Positions 44,575 to 55,532 of a stretch of 64,000 bases of DNA are shown here, one piece after another (position 1 is the first letter of the stretch; every line of letters starts with the position of its first letter). The notes under the pieces were generated by a model that saw only the letters and a list, made by a program, of their open reading frames with translations, had not been told where the DNA came from and did no database searches. Made by a program: the position numbers and the translations under genes. The DNA is from Bdellovibrionales bacterium. Its GTDB lineage: Bacteria > Bdellovibrionota > UBA1018 > CAIMNF01. Location of the stretch: positions 1-64,000 of the forward strand of contig JBEIJY010000006.1 in NCBI GenBank assembly GCA_040380025.1, read 5' to 3'.

Positions 44575-47052
44575 ATGGATACACCCAGCCAACCAACACC
44601 CGAAAACAAGAATGTGGTTCAAGTGAACATCGAAGAAGAGATGCGTGGTGCGTATCTCGACTATGCGATGTCGGTCATCATCGGCCGCGCACTCCCCGAT
44701 GTGAGGGACGGATTGAAGCCCGTGCACCGGAGGGTCCTGTATGCGATGCACGACCTCGGGAACACGTACAACAAGCCCTATAAAAAATCCGCCCGTGTGG
44801 TCGGGGATGTGATCGGTAAGTATCACCCCCACGGCGACAGCGCCGTGTACGACACGATCGTCCGGATGGCGCAGGATTTCTCGCTTCGCTACCCGCTTAT
44901 TGATGGGCAAGGAAACTTCGGATCGATCGACGGCGATTCCGCGGCGGCCATGCGGTACACCGAAATCAGAATGGACCGGATCACCGATGAGATCCTCTCG
45001 GATCTCGAAAAAGAAACGGTCGACTTCGGGCCGAACTACGACGGGTCCCTGCAGGAGCCGCTGGTTCTTCCGACCAAGGTGCCGAATCTTCTCGTGAACG
45101 GATCGACCGGAATTGCGGTTGGGATGGCGACGAACATTCCTCCCCACAATCTCGGAGAAGTGATCGACGCGGTCACGGCCCTGATCCGCGATCCGTCCAT
45201 CACCATCGATGCCCTCATGGAACATGTGAAGGGCCCGGATTTTCCGACGGGCGGAATCGTGTTCGGGAACGCTCTGAAGCTCGCGTATAAGACCGGAAAA
45301 GCGGTGATCACGATCCGGGCGAAAACCGAGATCGAGACTTTCAAGAATGATCGCGAGCGGATCATCGTCACCGAGCTCCCCTATCAGGTGAACAAGGCGA
45401 AGCTGATCGAGCGGATCGCGGATCTCGTGAACGACGACAAGCTCGAGGGGATTTCGGATATCCGCGATGAATCCGACCGCTCGGGCATGCGGATCGTGAT
45501 CGAGATCAAGAAGAACGAAAGCTCGAATGTGGTGCTGAATCGTCTGTACAAGATGACCCAGCTCCAGGACAGCTACGGGATCGCCCTGCTGGCGATCGAC
45601 CACCAGCAGCCGAAGCTCTTCAACCTGAAGGACATGCTTCAGGCCTTTATCGAGCATCGAAAAGACGTGGTGATCCGCCGGACGGTGTTTGAGCTCAAGA
45701 AGGCCGAGGCACGGCTTCATATTTTGGAAGGCTTGAAACGCGCGGTTGAGCATCTCGACGAGGTGATCGCATTGATCCGCGGAAGCGCGAACGCACCCGA
45801 GGCTCTTGCCGGCCTGATGTCGAAGTTCTCGTTCACACAGATCCAAGCGCAGGCGATTCTCGATATGCGCCTTCAGCGACTGACGGGCCTCGAGCGCGAC
45901 AAGATCGTCCAGGAGTACAACGAAGTGCTCGGCGTGATCGCCGACCTGCGCGACATCCTCGCCCGTGAATCCCGCGTGTACGAGATCATCACGACCGAGC
46001 TTCAGGACATCCGCGAGAAATTCGCCGATCCCCGCCGGACTGAGATCACGATCGACGAGAATATCGAGATCGACATGGAGTCGCTCATCACCGATGAGCC
46101 CACACTCGTGACGATCACCCGGAGCGGTTACATCAAGCGGCAGGATCCGGCGCAGTTCAAATCGCAAGGCCGCGGCGGCAAGGGCATCATCGGCATGAAT
46201 ACCGATGATGAGGATTTTGTCACGCAGATCTTCCGCACCACCACGCTGAGCCAGCTTTTTTGCATCACCGACAAGGGCCGCCTCCATGCGGTGAAGGTGT
46301 ATCGCATACCCGAGGGAACGCGCACCTCGCGCGGTCGCGCCATTGTGAATCTTGTCATGCTCCAGCCGGACGAAAAGGTGATGATGATCCTCCCGGTGAA
46401 AGAAATGAACGAAAGCAATTTCCTCGTCATGGCGACACGGACCGGGATCGTGAAGAAGACCTCGCTTGCGGAATATCGGAATATTCGTGCGAATGGGATC
46501 AATGCGATCTCGATCGAAGAAGGCGACGAGGTGATCGGGGCTGCCATCTCGAACGGACAGGACGAGATCTTCCTCACCTCGGCGAGCGGAATGAGTATTC
46601 GCTTCCCTGAAACCGACGTTCGCGCCATGGGAAGAACCGCTTACGGTGTGTACGGAATGTCGCTCGACGAGGGAGATACGGTCGTCGGAATGGATCTGAT
46701 CTCATCGTCCGAAACCGCGAGCGAGATTCTCGTTGTTTCGGATCAGGGTTACGGAAAGCGGACGCCGGTAGGCGAGTACCGGATCCAGACCCGCGGCGGA
46801 AAGGGCATCATCACGCTGAAAGTGACCGATCGCACCGGAAAGCTCATGTCAGCGCGTCGGGTTTTGCCGACCGATGATCTCATGCTCTTTTCGAGCCGTG
46901 GCAAGCTGATCCGGATTCGGATTGGAGATATCCGTGAAACCGGAAGGAATACTCAGGGAGTGCGTTTGATGAATGTCGATGCCGGCGAGAAAGTCGTCGC
47001 CGTCGAAAGCCTCCCCGATGACGGATCCGCAGGCACCGGGATCACCCAGTAG
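44575..47052 (+). CDS. gyrA: DNA gyrase subunit A
   Basis: [15 protein letters not shown], GyrA-box QGRGGKG. Confidence 0.98.
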   Translation: MDTPSQPTPENKNVVQVNIEEEMRGAYLDYAMSVIIGRALPDVRDGLKPVHRRVLYAMHDLGNTYNKPYKKSARVVGDVIGKYHPHGDSAVYDTIVRMAQDFSLRYPLIDGQGNFGSIDGDSAAAMRYTEIRMDRITDEILSDLEKETVDFGPNYDGSLQEPLVLPTKVPNLLVNGSTGIAVGMATNIPPHNLGEVIDAVTALIRDPSITIDALMEHVKGPDFPTGGIVFGNALKLAYKTGKAVITIRAKTEIETFKNDRERIIVTELPYQVNKAKLIERIADLVNDDKLEGISDIRDESDRSGMRIVIEIKKNESSNVVLNRLYKMTQLQDSYGIALLAIDHQQPKLFNLKDMLQAFIEHRKDVVIRRTVFELKKAEARLHILEGLKRAVEHLDEVIALIRGSANAPEALAGLMSKFSFTQIQAQAILDMRLQRLTGLERDKIVQEYNEVLGVIADLRDILARESRVYEIITTELQDIREKFADPRRTEITIDENIEIDMESLITDEPTLVTITRSGYIKRQDPAQFKSQGRGGKGIIGMNTDDEDFVTQIFRTTTLSQLFCITDKGRLHAVKVYRIPEGTRTSRGRAIVNLVMLQPDEKVMMILPVKEMNESNFLVMATRTGIVKKTSLAEYRNIRANGINAISIEEGDEVIGAAISNGQDEIFLTSASGMSIRFPETDVRAMGRTAYGVYGMSLDEGDTVVGMDLISSSETASEILVVSDQGYGKRTPVGEYRIQTRGGKGIITLKVTDRTGKLMSARRVLPTDDLMLFSSRGKLIRIRIGDIRETGRNTQGVRLMNVDAGEKVVAVESLPDDGSAGTGITQ

Positions 47053-47862
47053 ATGCCCTTCCGGTCTTTGCTCGCTTTGCTTGTGATTCTGTCGGCCTGT
47101 ACCGTTCAATCTTCGGTGTCGAGCCATTACCTTACGGCCGAGAAGCTTTGGACCGAGAAGAACTACCGCGCGGCCGTTTCAGAGTTTGATCATGTAGTGA
47201 AGGAGTCGCCCAACACCCCGATCGGACTTCAGGCTCTTTGGCGGGCGTCGATGACCCGGGATCTCTTTTTGGGCGAGTCCGAAGAAGCCTTGAAGGGATT
47301 CGAGGCCATTTTGGAGCGGGCCGGCAGTTCCGAACTCGCCCCCCAGGCACAAATCCAGATGGGAGAGATCTACTTCACCAAGCTCGCGCGGTACCCGAAA
47401 GCGATCGAGCATTACGAAAAGCTTCTTCAGGCGGGAAAGTTTTCGGAAGAAGAACAAGCGCGATTCCTGCACCGGATCGGACGAAGCCGGTTTTTGTTGG
47501 GACAGATCCGGAGCGCGATTGAGGTCTTCGAGCAGGCAGCGAAAAAACATCCGACAAGCGCAATGACCCCGAAAATCAAGCTCGACCTCGCGAACTCGTG
47601 GTATGCACTCGGAGATGGCGACAAGTCGTCCTATGGCAAGGCTCTTCGCATCTATGGTGAGGTCGCCGAGTCGACCCAAAACACGAATCCAAGGCTCTAC
47701 GCCGAGGCGGTTTTTGGGGAGGCTGCAACCCTCGAGGAGCTCGACGAGCTCGAAAAGGCCCATGAACGGTTCAAGTCGATCGCAAATCATTACCCTGCTC
47801 CGAACGTGGTTCGGATCCGGATGGTTCGAGTGTCAGAAAGAATGGCGAAGAAACGAAAATGA
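47053..47862 (+). CDS. TPR-repeat lipoprotein (BamD/CpoB-like fold)
   Basis: LSAC lipobox; repeated TPR-like helices. Confidence 0.75.
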   Translation: MPFRSLLALLVILSACTVQSSVSSHYLTAEKLWTEKNYRAAVSEFDHVVKESPNTPIGLQALWRASMTRDLFLGESEEALKGFEAILERAGSSELAPQAQIQMGEIYFTKLARYPKAIEHYEKLLQAGKFSEEEQARFLHRIGRSRFLLGQIRSAIEVFEQAAKKHPTSAMTPKIKLDLANSWYALGDGDKSSYGKALRIYGEVAESTQNTNPRLYAEAVFGEAATLEELDELEKAHERFKSIANHYPAPNVVRIRMVRVSERMAKKRK

Positions 47863-48086
47863 GTCAGGACGAACGATACCGTCAGTTGGCCTTGTTTTCG
47901 GTGATTCTGGCCGAGGTGGTGGCGCTCCCCGCAGTTCTCGGGGGAGTGGTCTGGTATTTGTCCCGCAATCTCGCCTTGCAAGGGGCCCTGAGTGCAATTG
48001 CCGCAGTTTTCGGCCTCGGAATCGCTTTTTACCGGATTTCGTTGATGATGAAGAAGCAAAAAACCGATGACACCAAACGAGAGTAA
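47859..48086 (+). CDS. AtpZ/AtpI-family small membrane protein
   Basis: Two TM helices with GxxxG; first gene of the Fo cluster. Confidence 0.65.
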   Translation: MSQDERYRQLALFSVILAEVVALPAVLGGVVWYLSRNLALQGALSAIAAVFGLGIAFYRISLMMKKQKTDDTKRE

Positions 48087-48456
48087 AGCTTTTTTGAAGG
48101 TGCTCGCCCTCACCGGATTGGCCTGGCTTGCGCTCGGGATCCTCCTTTTTCGCGAGAATCCCGCCGCAACGAACGCATTTGTTTTGTGTTATCAGGCCGT
48201 TATCCTCGATCTGGCGGCGATTATCCTCTTGTTCTGGAAGCTTTTCTTCGGCCGTCAGGACGGGGTTTTTGCAAAATTCACAATCTTCCTGATCTTCACT
48301 TTTAAGTTGGTTTGTCTGGGCTTTTTGGCTATAACGCTGAAAAGATTAAGAAATGATCCTCACTTTCCCGCAGCCCTGGCGGTTTCGTTCATGGGAATCG
48401 GCCCTCTTCTGGCGGGAGTCGCGGCAAAAAAGTGGACCGGATCAAAACAAGGATAG
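48067..48456 (+). CDS. ATP synthase I-like membrane protein
   Basis: Four TM helices, directly upstream of atpB. Confidence 0.6.
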   Translation: MTPNESKAFLKVLALTGLAWLALGILLFRENPAATNAFVLCYQAVILDLAAIILLFWKLFFGRQDGVFAKFTIFLIFTFKLVCLGFLAITLKRLRNDPHFPAALAVSFMGIGPLLAGVAAKKWTGSKQG

Positions 48457-48471
48457 TCCGAGGATCTCTCT

Positions 48472-49194
48472 GTGGAACACGGTTTTAACTGGCTCAGCTT
48501 GCTCCCCTTCTTGAACGACGAACATAATTTGCACCATTACGGGCATGTTTTCATGGCCTCGGTCGTGGCAGTGATCGTTCTGGTGGTGGCGGTGATCGCC
48601 CGGATCCAGCTGAATGCAGCCCGGAAGCGGGAAGACGAGGGAATGGTTCCCGACGAAAAGCTCACGGTCCGAAATTTCTTCGAGATCATCGCAGAAAAAC
48701 TGTACGGACTCGCCGTGAATGTCATGGGCAAGCACGGTGCCGAGAAGTATTTTCCGATCATCGGCGCGCTCTTTTTGTTCATCTTTCTTTCGAACCTCGT
48801 TGGAATCATTCCCGGGTTTTTGCCGCCGACCGACAATCTGAACACCACCTTTGCGCTCGGTTCGTTCGTGTTTTTGTATTACAATTATGTGGGTCTTCGT
48901 GAGAACGGACTGGCCTACCTGAAGCACTTTGCCGGCCCGATCCTGTGGCTTGCGCCGCTCATGCTGATCGTCGAGCTCGCATCGCATGTGTTCCGTCCGA
49001 TTTCCCTCGGGCTCCGCTTGCGCGGGAACATCATGGGCGATCACGTCGTGCTTGGAATTTTTAATGACTTGCTGCCCTACGCGGTTCCTGCTATTTTCTA
49101 CGGAATCGGACTCTTCGTGGCCCTCGTTCAGGCGTTCGTTTTTTGTTTGATGACGATGGTGTACATCTCATTATCCGCAAGTCACGATCACTGA
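48472..49194 (+). CDS. atpB: ATP synthase Fo subunit a
   Basis: NLVGIIPG, RPISLGLRLRGN, QAFVF. Confidence 0.96.
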   Translation: MEHGFNWLSLLPFLNDEHNLHHYGHVFMASVVAVIVLVVAVIARIQLNAARKREDEGMVPDEKLTVRNFFEIIAEKLYGLAVNVMGKHGAEKYFPIIGALFLFIFLSNLVGIIPGFLPPTDNLNTTFALGSFVFLYYNYVGLRENGLAYLKHFAGPILWLAPLMLIVELASHVFRPISLGLRLRGNIMGDHVVLGIFNDLLPYAVPAIFYGIGLFVALVQAFVFCLMTMVYISLSASHDH

Positions 49195-49237
49195 GGATCA
49201 GCAATCTCCGGGTAACCGTTTCGAAACTCAAACCACA

Positions 49238-49573
49238 ATGAAAGGAAAACCAGTCATGAAAATGAAAACAGCTTTGATCGCAATCGCAGGATTGATCGTA
49301 TCGGGTTCGGCGTTCGCACAAGAAGGTGCTGAAGCAGCCGCACACGTGGGCGGCATGGACCTCGCCGGAATGGGCGCGGCCATCGGTCTTGGTCTCGCCG
49401 CAATCGGCGGAGCGCTCGGACAAGGAAAGACCGCTTCTTCCGCTCTCGACGGGATCGCGCGCAACCCTTCCGCTTCTGACAAAATCTTCACTCCGATGAT
49501 CATCGGTCTCGCGCTGATCGAGTCTCTCGTTCTGTACGCGTTCGTGATCGCGTTCCTGAAGATCAAGGGATAA
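49238..49573 (+). CDS. atpE: ATP synthase Fo subunit c with signal-peptide-like N-terminal extension
   Basis: GxGxxxxG motif, ARNP loop, IESL; start may be 49256 or 49262. Confidence 0.95.
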   Translation: MKGKPVMKMKTALIAIAGLIVSGSAFAQEGAEAAAHVGGMDLAGMGAAIGLGLAAIGGALGQGKTASSALDGIARNPSASDKIFTPMIIGLALIESLVLYAFVIAFLKIKG

Positions 49574-49596
49574 TCCCTCTCTTCGGATCCGGATTC

Positions 49597-49634
49597 AAAA
49601 AGCCCTCTCTTCAGATTCGAAGAGGGGGCTTTTT
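49597..49634. terminator. Bidirectional intrinsic terminator between atpE and uvrA
   Basis: aaaaagccctctcttc-agattc-gaagagggggcttttt. Confidence 0.9.
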
Positions 49635-49638
49635 CATT

Positions 49639-52209
49639 TCACTTCACTCCGAGTTTTTCTTTCAAAAAGGGCGCGATCCGGCTCACTTTCGAGCGGGCAA
49701 CCGCCTCGGGCGTTCCCTCGGCGACAATCCGGCCTCCCGCAGTGCCCCCCTCGGGGCCGATGTCGATCAGGTGGTCCGCCGAGCAGATGATGTCGAGGTT
49801 GTGCTCGATCACGAGCACGGAGTTCCCCTGCTCCACCAGGCGATGGAGGATCACGAGGAGTTTCTTGATGTCGTCAAAATGAAGCCCGGTCGAAGGCTCA
49901 TCGAGGATGAACAGGGTTTTCCCGGTCGCACGGCGGGCGAGCTCCTTTGAGAGCTTGATCCGCTGGGCCTCTCCGCCCGAAAGCGTGGTGGCCGATTGGC
50001 CCAGCTTCAGGTACCCGAGTCCCACATCGCTCAAGACCGTGAGCTTGCTCCGGATCTGCGGGACCGGCTCGAAGAACGCAATCGCTTCATCGACCGACAT
50101 CGCGAGCACCTCGGCGATGCTCTTCCCCTTGTAGCGCACCTGAAGCGTGTCGGCGCGATAACGTGCGCCCTTGCAGGTCTCGCAGGTCACATAGGCGTCG
50201 GCAAGAAAGCTCATCGAGATTTTCCGCACGCCGTCGCCCTCGCAGTCGTCGCACCGCCCGCCCTTCACGTTGAACGAAAACCGGCCGGGCTTGAACCCGC
50301 GAAGGCGCGAATCCGGAAGACTCGAAAAAAGAGCACGAATTGGCCCGAAAATCCCAGTGTACGTGGCGGGATTCGAGCGCGGGGTTCGTCCGATCGGGGT
50401 CTGGTCGATCTGGATCACCTTGTCGAGTTCTTTCAGGCCGGATGAAACCTTCGCGGTCATCTCGGGGATTTTGGACTTGTAAAAATGATGAAGGAGCAGC
50501 GGGTAAAGCGTATCGATCACAAGAGAACTCTTGCCGCTCCCCGAGACGCCGGTCACGCAGGTGAAAACCCCGAGCGGCAGTCGCACCGACAGGTCACGAA
50601 GGTTGTGGATATTCACATGCTCCAGCGCGAGCTCTTTTTGGGTATCCGGCTTGCGCCGCTCTTTCGGCGGAGTCACGAGGAGTTCGCCCGAGAGGTAGCG
50701 GGCGGTGATGCTCTCCTTTGATTTCAACACCGATTCGGGCGAACCGGCCGCGATGATCCGTCCGCCAAGCACTCCCGCTCCCGGGCCCACATCGATCAGG
50801 TGATCGCTCGCGAGCATGGTTTCTTCGTCGTGCTCGACGACGATCACGGTGTTCCCGAGATCCCGGAGTCGCTTCAGGCTTCCGATCAGGAGTTGATTGT
50901 CGCGCGGATGAAGCCCGATCGAAGGCTCATCGAGAATGTAGGTGATTCCCACAAGCGAGCTCCCGAGCTGGGAGGCAAGGCGGATGCGCTGGGATTCCCC
51001 GCCTGAAAGGGTGAAGAGCGGTCGGTCGAGCGAGAGGTAGCCGACCCCCACGCGGGTCAGGAACCCAACGCGAAGAAGCGTCTCGCGGATCAGGCCTCCG
51101 GCGATTTTTTGCTCGCGCTCTGTGAGGGAGATTCCGCCGAGGAATGGCTCGAGATTCTCGATGGGAAGCGCGCACGCTTCCGCGATGTTTTTTCCGGCGA
51201 TCCGAAAGCTCAAGGACTCGCGCGAAAGACGGCTGCCCTTGCAGTCGCGGCAGGTCTCCTGGAACCGATACACGGGTTGTTCCTCGTCCTCGCCCTGATC
51301 CTCTTCTTCCTCGATCGAGTACGACTCGAAACCGATTCCGTCACAGCGTTTGCAGGCGCCGAGCGGGCTGTTGAACGAGAACACCCGGGGCTCGGGCGAC
51401 GGAAGATAAATGTCGCATCGACTGCAGGCGAAGTTCTGCGAGAGCGTGCGTTCGGTGGTTTTCTCGCCCTGGTGGTCGAGGATGGTCAGCAGTCCCTTCG
51501 AGAGCTTGAGGGCCAGCTCCACACTTTCGTGGATGCGGCTCTGGAGCGAGGCATCCTGTCGCTTCAGGATGATCCGGTCGATGACGACCTCGATGGTGTG
51601 CTTGATGTTCTTCCCGAGGGGAATCGGCTCGGAGAGGTCGACGATCTTGCCGTCCACCCGCGCCTTCGCGAACCCCTTTTGCCGGAGCGCTAGCAGCTCA
51701 CGCTGAAACTCCCCCTTTTTTTCGCGTGCGATCGGCGCGAGCAACGAGAGGCGTGCTCCTTCGGGGCGCGTCAGGATCAGATCGACAATCTGCCGGGTCG
51801 AAAGAGATTCGATCGGGGCCGAGCAACCCGGACAAAATGCCTTCGAGACGCGTGAATACAGAACCCGCAGATGATCGTGGATCTCGGTTGTGGTTCCGAC
51901 GGTCGACCGCGGATTGTACGAGGTGGTTTTTTGAAGAATCGCGATCGTGGGCGAAAGCCCCCGGAGCTCATCGACGTCGGGTTTTTCGATCTGCTCGAGG
52001 AACTGTCGCGCATAGGTCGAAAAGGTCTCGACGTACCGGCGTTGCCCCTCGGCATGAATGGTGTCGAACGCGATCGAGGATTTTCCCGATCCCGACGGAC
52101 CCGTGATCACCGTGAAGGATCCGTGAGGAATTCCGACGGTGATGTTCTTCAAGTTATGGACGCGAGCGCCCTTGATGAGGATCTCAGTGTCCGGACCGGA
52201 ATTCTCCAT
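49639..52209 (-). CDS. uvrA: Excinuclease ABC subunit A (short; insertion domain missing)
   Basis: Two Walker A motifs (GPSGSGKSS, GVSGSGKSS), two LSGGE, three zinc sites. Confidence 0.96.
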   Translation of the reverse strand: MENSGPDTEILIKGARVHNLKNITVGIPHGSFTVITGPSGSGKSSIAFDTIHAEGQRRYVETFSTYARQFLEQIEKPDVDELRGLSPTIAILQKTTSYNPRSTVGTTTEIHDHLRVLYSRVSKAFCPGCSAPIESLSTRQIVDLILTRPEGARLSLLAPIAREKKGEFQRELLALRQKGFAKARVDGKIVDLSEPIPLGKNIKHTIEVVIDRIILKRQDASLQSRIHESVELALKLSKGLLTILDHQGEKTTERTLSQNFACSRCDIYLPSPEPRVFSFNSPLGACKRCDGIGFESYSIEEEEDQGEDEEQPVYRFQETCRDCKGSRLSRESLSFRIAGKNIAEACALPIENLEPFLGGISLTEREQKIAGGLIRETLLRVGFLTRVGVGYLSLDRPLFTLSGGESQRIRLASQLGSSLVGITYILDEPSIGLHPRDNQLLIGSLKRLRDLGNTVIVVEHDEETMLASDHLIDVGPGAGVLGGRIIAAGSPESVLKSKESITARYLSGELLVTPPKERRKPDTQKELALEHVNIHNLRDLSVRLPLGVFTCVTGVSGSGKSSLVIDTLYPLLLHHFYKSKIPEMTAKVSSGLKELDKVIQIDQTPIGRTPRSNPATYTGIFGPIRALFSSLPDSRLRGFKPGRFSFNVKGGRCDDCEGDGVRKISMSFLADAYVTCETCKGARYRADTLQVRYKGKSIAEVLAMSVDEAIAFFEPVPQIRSKLTVLSDVGLGYLKLGQSATTLSGGEAQRIKLSKELARRATGKTLFILDEPSTGLHFDDIKKLLVILHRLVEQGNSVLVIEHNLDIICSADHLIDIGPEGGTAGGRIVAEGTPEAVARSKVSRIAPFLKEKLGVK

Positions 52210-53575
52210 GACCAAGCTTTCTTGCCGCCTGAGCCAGGGCGGAATCGAATTTCGAGCGAATTCGTTCTAACATTTCGGCAGTTTGCGCCTCAAAGCGCAT
52301 GACAATGACCGGTTGGGTGTTCGAGGCACGGATGAGCCCCCAGTGATCGGGATAATCCACACGAAGTCCGTCGATCGTGGTGAGCTTCGCCTTCGGGTCG
52401 GCCAGAAGCTTCGCCGCTTCTTCGATCAGCGCGAACTTCTTGTCCTCCTCGCAGTCGATGCGGATCTCGGGAGTATTCACCACCGGAGGAAGATCCGCGA
52501 TGAGAGTAGCCAGCGCCTCACCGCGCGAGACGATCTCGTACAAGCGGGCGGAGGAATAAATCGCATCGTCGAATCCGAACCAGCGATCGGCGAAAAAGAT
52601 GTGCCCGGACATCTCTCCGGCGAGCTTCGCTCCCGTTTCTTTCATTTTCGACTTGATCAGCGAGTGGCCTGTTTTCCACATGATGCCATTCCCGCCGTTT
52701 TTCTCGATGTCCTGGAACAAGCGCAGGCTCGATTTCACCTCAGAGATCACGGTGGCTCCCGGGTGGTGCTTCAGCACCTCGCGCGAAAAGATCACCATCA
52801 GTTCATCGCCGTAGATGACTCTTCCTGCCGAATCGACCGCACCGATCCGGTCGGAGTCGCCATCATAGCCAACCCCGAAGTCGGCCCCGTGGGCCCGCAC
52901 CTGCTCGATCAGGGTCTTCAGGTTCGCAGGAACGGTCGGATCGGGATGATGATTCGGGAATCTTCCGTCGAGCTCGCAGTACAAGGGGATCACCTCGGCG
53001 CCGATTTGGTGAAAAAGCTCGGGAGCCACATTCGATGCGGTTCCATTCCCCGCATCGAGCACGACTTTGAGTTTACGCGCTGGCTTGATCTGGCCGCTCA
53101 CGTGGCGGATGTACTCGGGAATGATCGAGCGTTGTTCGAGCGATCCTTCGGGCCGCGGGGAGAACCGGCCTTCGAGCATCACGCGCTTCAGTTCCTGGAT
53201 CTGTTCCCCGTGGAGCGTGTCTTTGCCGATTCCGATTTTGAACCCGTTGTATTCGGCGGGGTTGTGCGAACCCGTGATCATGATTGCACCATCGAGTCCG
53301 TAATGATGAACCGAGAAATAAGTGAGCGGAGTCGGGCAGACGCCGATCTCGATCACATCGACGCCACCTTTGCGGAGTCCCGAGATCAGGGCCTCCGAAT
53401 ACTCATCGCTTGTGAGGCGGCAATCGCGGCCGACCGAAACGCGAAGGCGTGCCGCTCCGGTGCGGCGGTACGCCCATTCGGCATAGGTCAGGCCCAGGTT
53501 TTTTGCAAACTCCGCAGTCAGGTCCTTGCCTGCGATTCCGCGGATGTCATACTCGCGAAAAATGGATGGATTCAT
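52184..53575 (-). CDS. Phosphomannomutase/phosphoglucomutase (AlgC-like)
   Basis: IFREYDIRG, TGSHNP, DGDSDR, GEMSGH, RASNT; true start 53575. Confidence 0.95.
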   Translation of the reverse strand: MNPSIFREYDIRGIAGKDLTAEFAKNLGLTYAEWAYRRTGAARLRVSVGRDCRLTSDEYSEALISGLRKGGVDVIEIGVCPTPLTYFSVHHYGLDGAIMITGSHNPAEYNGFKIGIGKDTLHGEQIQELKRVMLEGRFSPRPEGSLEQRSIIPEYIRHVSGQIKPARKLKVVLDAGNGTASNVAPELFHQIGAEVIPLYCELDGRFPNHHPDPTVPANLKTLIEQVRAHGADFGVGYDGDSDRIGAVDSAGRVIYGDELMVIFSREVLKHHPGATVISEVKSSLRLFQDIEKNGGNGIMWKTGHSLIKSKMKETGAKLAGEMSGHIFFADRWFGFDDAIYSSARLYEIVSRGEALATLIADLPPVVNTPEIRIDCEEDKKFALIEEAAKLLADPKAKLTTIDGLRVDYPDHWGLIRASNTQPVIVMRFEAQTAEMLERIRSKFDSALAQAARKLGHGEFRSGH

Positions 53576-54516
53576 GAGGTTCTCCTTTTTTTGATGAGTC
53601 CGAGCGCGTTCCGGATCGCATAGCGCATGCTTCCGGAGTCGGCCTTGTTTTTTCCTGCGATGTCGAACGCCGTTCCGTGGTCGACCGAGGTCCGCACGAA
53701 CGGGAGTCCGAGAGTCATGTTCATGCTCTCGCTGAAGTTGCTGAGCTTCACGGGAATGAGCCCTTGATCGTGATAGAGCGCGAGAATCAGATGGTGCCGG
53801 GATTTCGCAGGTCGTGCCGCTTCGATCGCAAAAAACGAGTCGGCCGGATGCGGCCCGGTAAGCGTGACCGCCGGAAGCGTCTTTCCGATCGCCTGCAATG
53901 CCGGCACGATCACCTTCGACTCCTCTTTGCCGAGGATCCCGCCCTCCCCCGCATGGGGGTTCAGCGCGAGCACCGCGATCCGAGGATTCTTCACGCCGAG
54001 CATGCCGGTCAGGAAGTCCGAAGAATTGCGGATGGCGACCTCGAGAGACTTGCGATGGATCTTCGCGCTCACCTCGGATAACGGACAATGATTGGTCACC
54101 AGCGCCACGCGGAACAGATCGTTCGCGAGCATCATGGTCACGGGCTTTGCGCGCGAGAGATGGGCCAAAAAATCGGTGTGTCCGTGGAAGGGAAATCCGG
54201 CGCCCTGCAGGCGCTCCTTGCTGATCGGACCGGTCACGAGCACACGCGAGGCGGGTGCGGCGAGCACCATTTGCGTTGCCGTCTCGATGGACCAGCCGGA
54301 CTGGTACCCCGGGCTCGATCGTTCGGGCGGTTCGAAAAAGTCATGATCGATGCCCTTCAGATGCTTTTGGAGTTTCCGGAAGGGAGCGCGCGAACCCACG
54401 ATGAGGGTGTGAACTCCCTGCAACTCGGATCGCAAGGAATCGAGCGCTTTTGCGGTGACCTCAGGGCCGATTCCCTCGGGGTCTCCCGGAGTGATGACGA
54501 GTTCGAAGGGTTTCAT
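53572..54516 (-). CDS. pdxA: 4-hydroxythreonine-4-phosphate dehydrogenase
   Basis: GDPEGIGPE, GHT, NPHAGE, YHDQG, RTSVDHGTAFDIAG. Confidence 0.93.
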   Translation of the reverse strand: MKPFELVITPGDPEGIGPEVTAKALDSLRSELQGVHTLIVGSRAPFRKLQKHLKGIDHDFFEPPERSSPGYQSGWSIETATQMVLAAPASRVLVTGPISKERLQGAGFPFHGHTDFLAHLSRAKPVTMMLANDLFRVALVTNHCPLSEVSAKIHRKSLEVAIRNSSDFLTGMLGVKNPRIAVLALNPHAGEGGILGKEESKVIVPALQAIGKTLPAVTLTGPHPADSFFAIEAARPAKSRHHLILALYHDQGLIPVKLSNFSESMNMTLGLPFVRTSVDHGTAFDIAGKNKADSGSMRYAIRNALGLIKKRRTS

Positions 54517-55472
54517 GGCGAGCGTTGGTTCACTTTCACGTAGTTGAGGGCGCGCTCGCGGTCGAGCCAGAGGCGGACCTGATGGCGGAACTCCCCTTCC
54601 ATGAGGCGGGCGCGGATCGAATCTTTTTCGCGTTCGAAGGCCGAGTCGGTGTCGAACTTGATGTCCCCCACGCGCACGATCAGAAAGGATTTTTTGTCTT
54701 CGATGATTTCGCTCGTTTTTTCGGGCCCGAGCCGGCGGACCTCGGCCTGGATCTCGGGGCTCATCTCGTTGTAAGCAAGGTGGCCGAGATCCCCCCCGAA
54801 CTCCTGGCTCGGATCCTCACTCAGGCGTTTGGCGACCTCTTCGAACGCCTCGCCCTTTTTCAGGGCTTCGAGTGCCTGCCCGGCCTCTTCGCGGGCGGCG
54901 ACGGAGGTCTTATAGTTCGCTTTCGAGATCCGGATCAAAAACAGACGGAACGAACCGCCGAAGGACTTCGAGCCCGAATGGGCGCGATTGTATTCGGCAC
55001 GGAGGTCGTCATCGGAGACTGCGGTTTTGTTCCGGATCTCGCGATCGATCAGGTTCCGCTTCGCGATCGAGATTCGCATCAGTCGAAAGTACTCCTCGAA
55101 CCGGAACCCCTCCCGACCCACGGCGCTCTTCAGCGCTTCGCGATCGATCTTGAGATTGGCCTGGATGGTGTTGATCTCCTGTTCCACCTCGGCATCAGCG
55201 ACCGGGAATTTGTCGATCACCAGAGCCTCGTCGATCAGATAGTTCAGCACGTCTTCATTGGTGGGATTTGCTTTTCGTCCGATGGGCTCGTTCACAAAAA
55301 GCGGGTCGATCTTGGCACGAAGGGGAATGAGTGAGCGGAATCGTTCGAAGTCCGAGAAGAAAATAGGGCGCTTGTTCACGATCGCCTCGACCCGATCCAC
55401 AAGGACGGCATCGACGGAGATCGCAAAGGCGCCCGAAAAGAGGGTCAGAAGCAACGCGGCTCGTAGGTTCAT
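54513..55472 (-). CDS. surA: SurA-like chaperone with parvulin PPIase domain
   Basis: Signal peptide, VDRVEAIVN, AKRLSEDPS..GGDLG; upstream of pdxA. Confidence 0.8.
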   Translation of the reverse strand: MNLRAALLLTLFSGAFAISVDAVLVDRVEAIVNKRPIFFSDFERFRSLIPLRAKIDPLFVNEPIGRKANPTNEDVLNYLIDEALVIDKFPVADAEVEQEINTIQANLKIDREALKSAVGREGFRFEEYFRLMRISIAKRNLIDREIRNKTAVSDDDLRAEYNRAHSGSKSFGGSFRLFLIRISKANYKTSVAAREEAGQALEALKKGEAFEEVAKRLSEDPSQEFGGDLGHLAYNEMSPEIQAEVRRLGPEKTSEIIEDKKSFLIVRVGDIKFDTDSAFEREKDSIRARLMEGEFRHQVRLWLDRERALNYVKVNQRSP

Positions 55473-55532
55473 CACTCCGAAGATTTCTCACAAATCCGGA
55501 GTGATTCCAACGGGAAACGCGCCGGTGTCGGC

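Noticed and set aside
53576..54088. N-terminal extension of the 634-aa PMM/PGM ORF (and similar extensions on tlyA, mrcA, recF, nuoD-like)
   Set aside because: They overlap neighbouring real genes; the family N-termini and coupled starts lie downstream.
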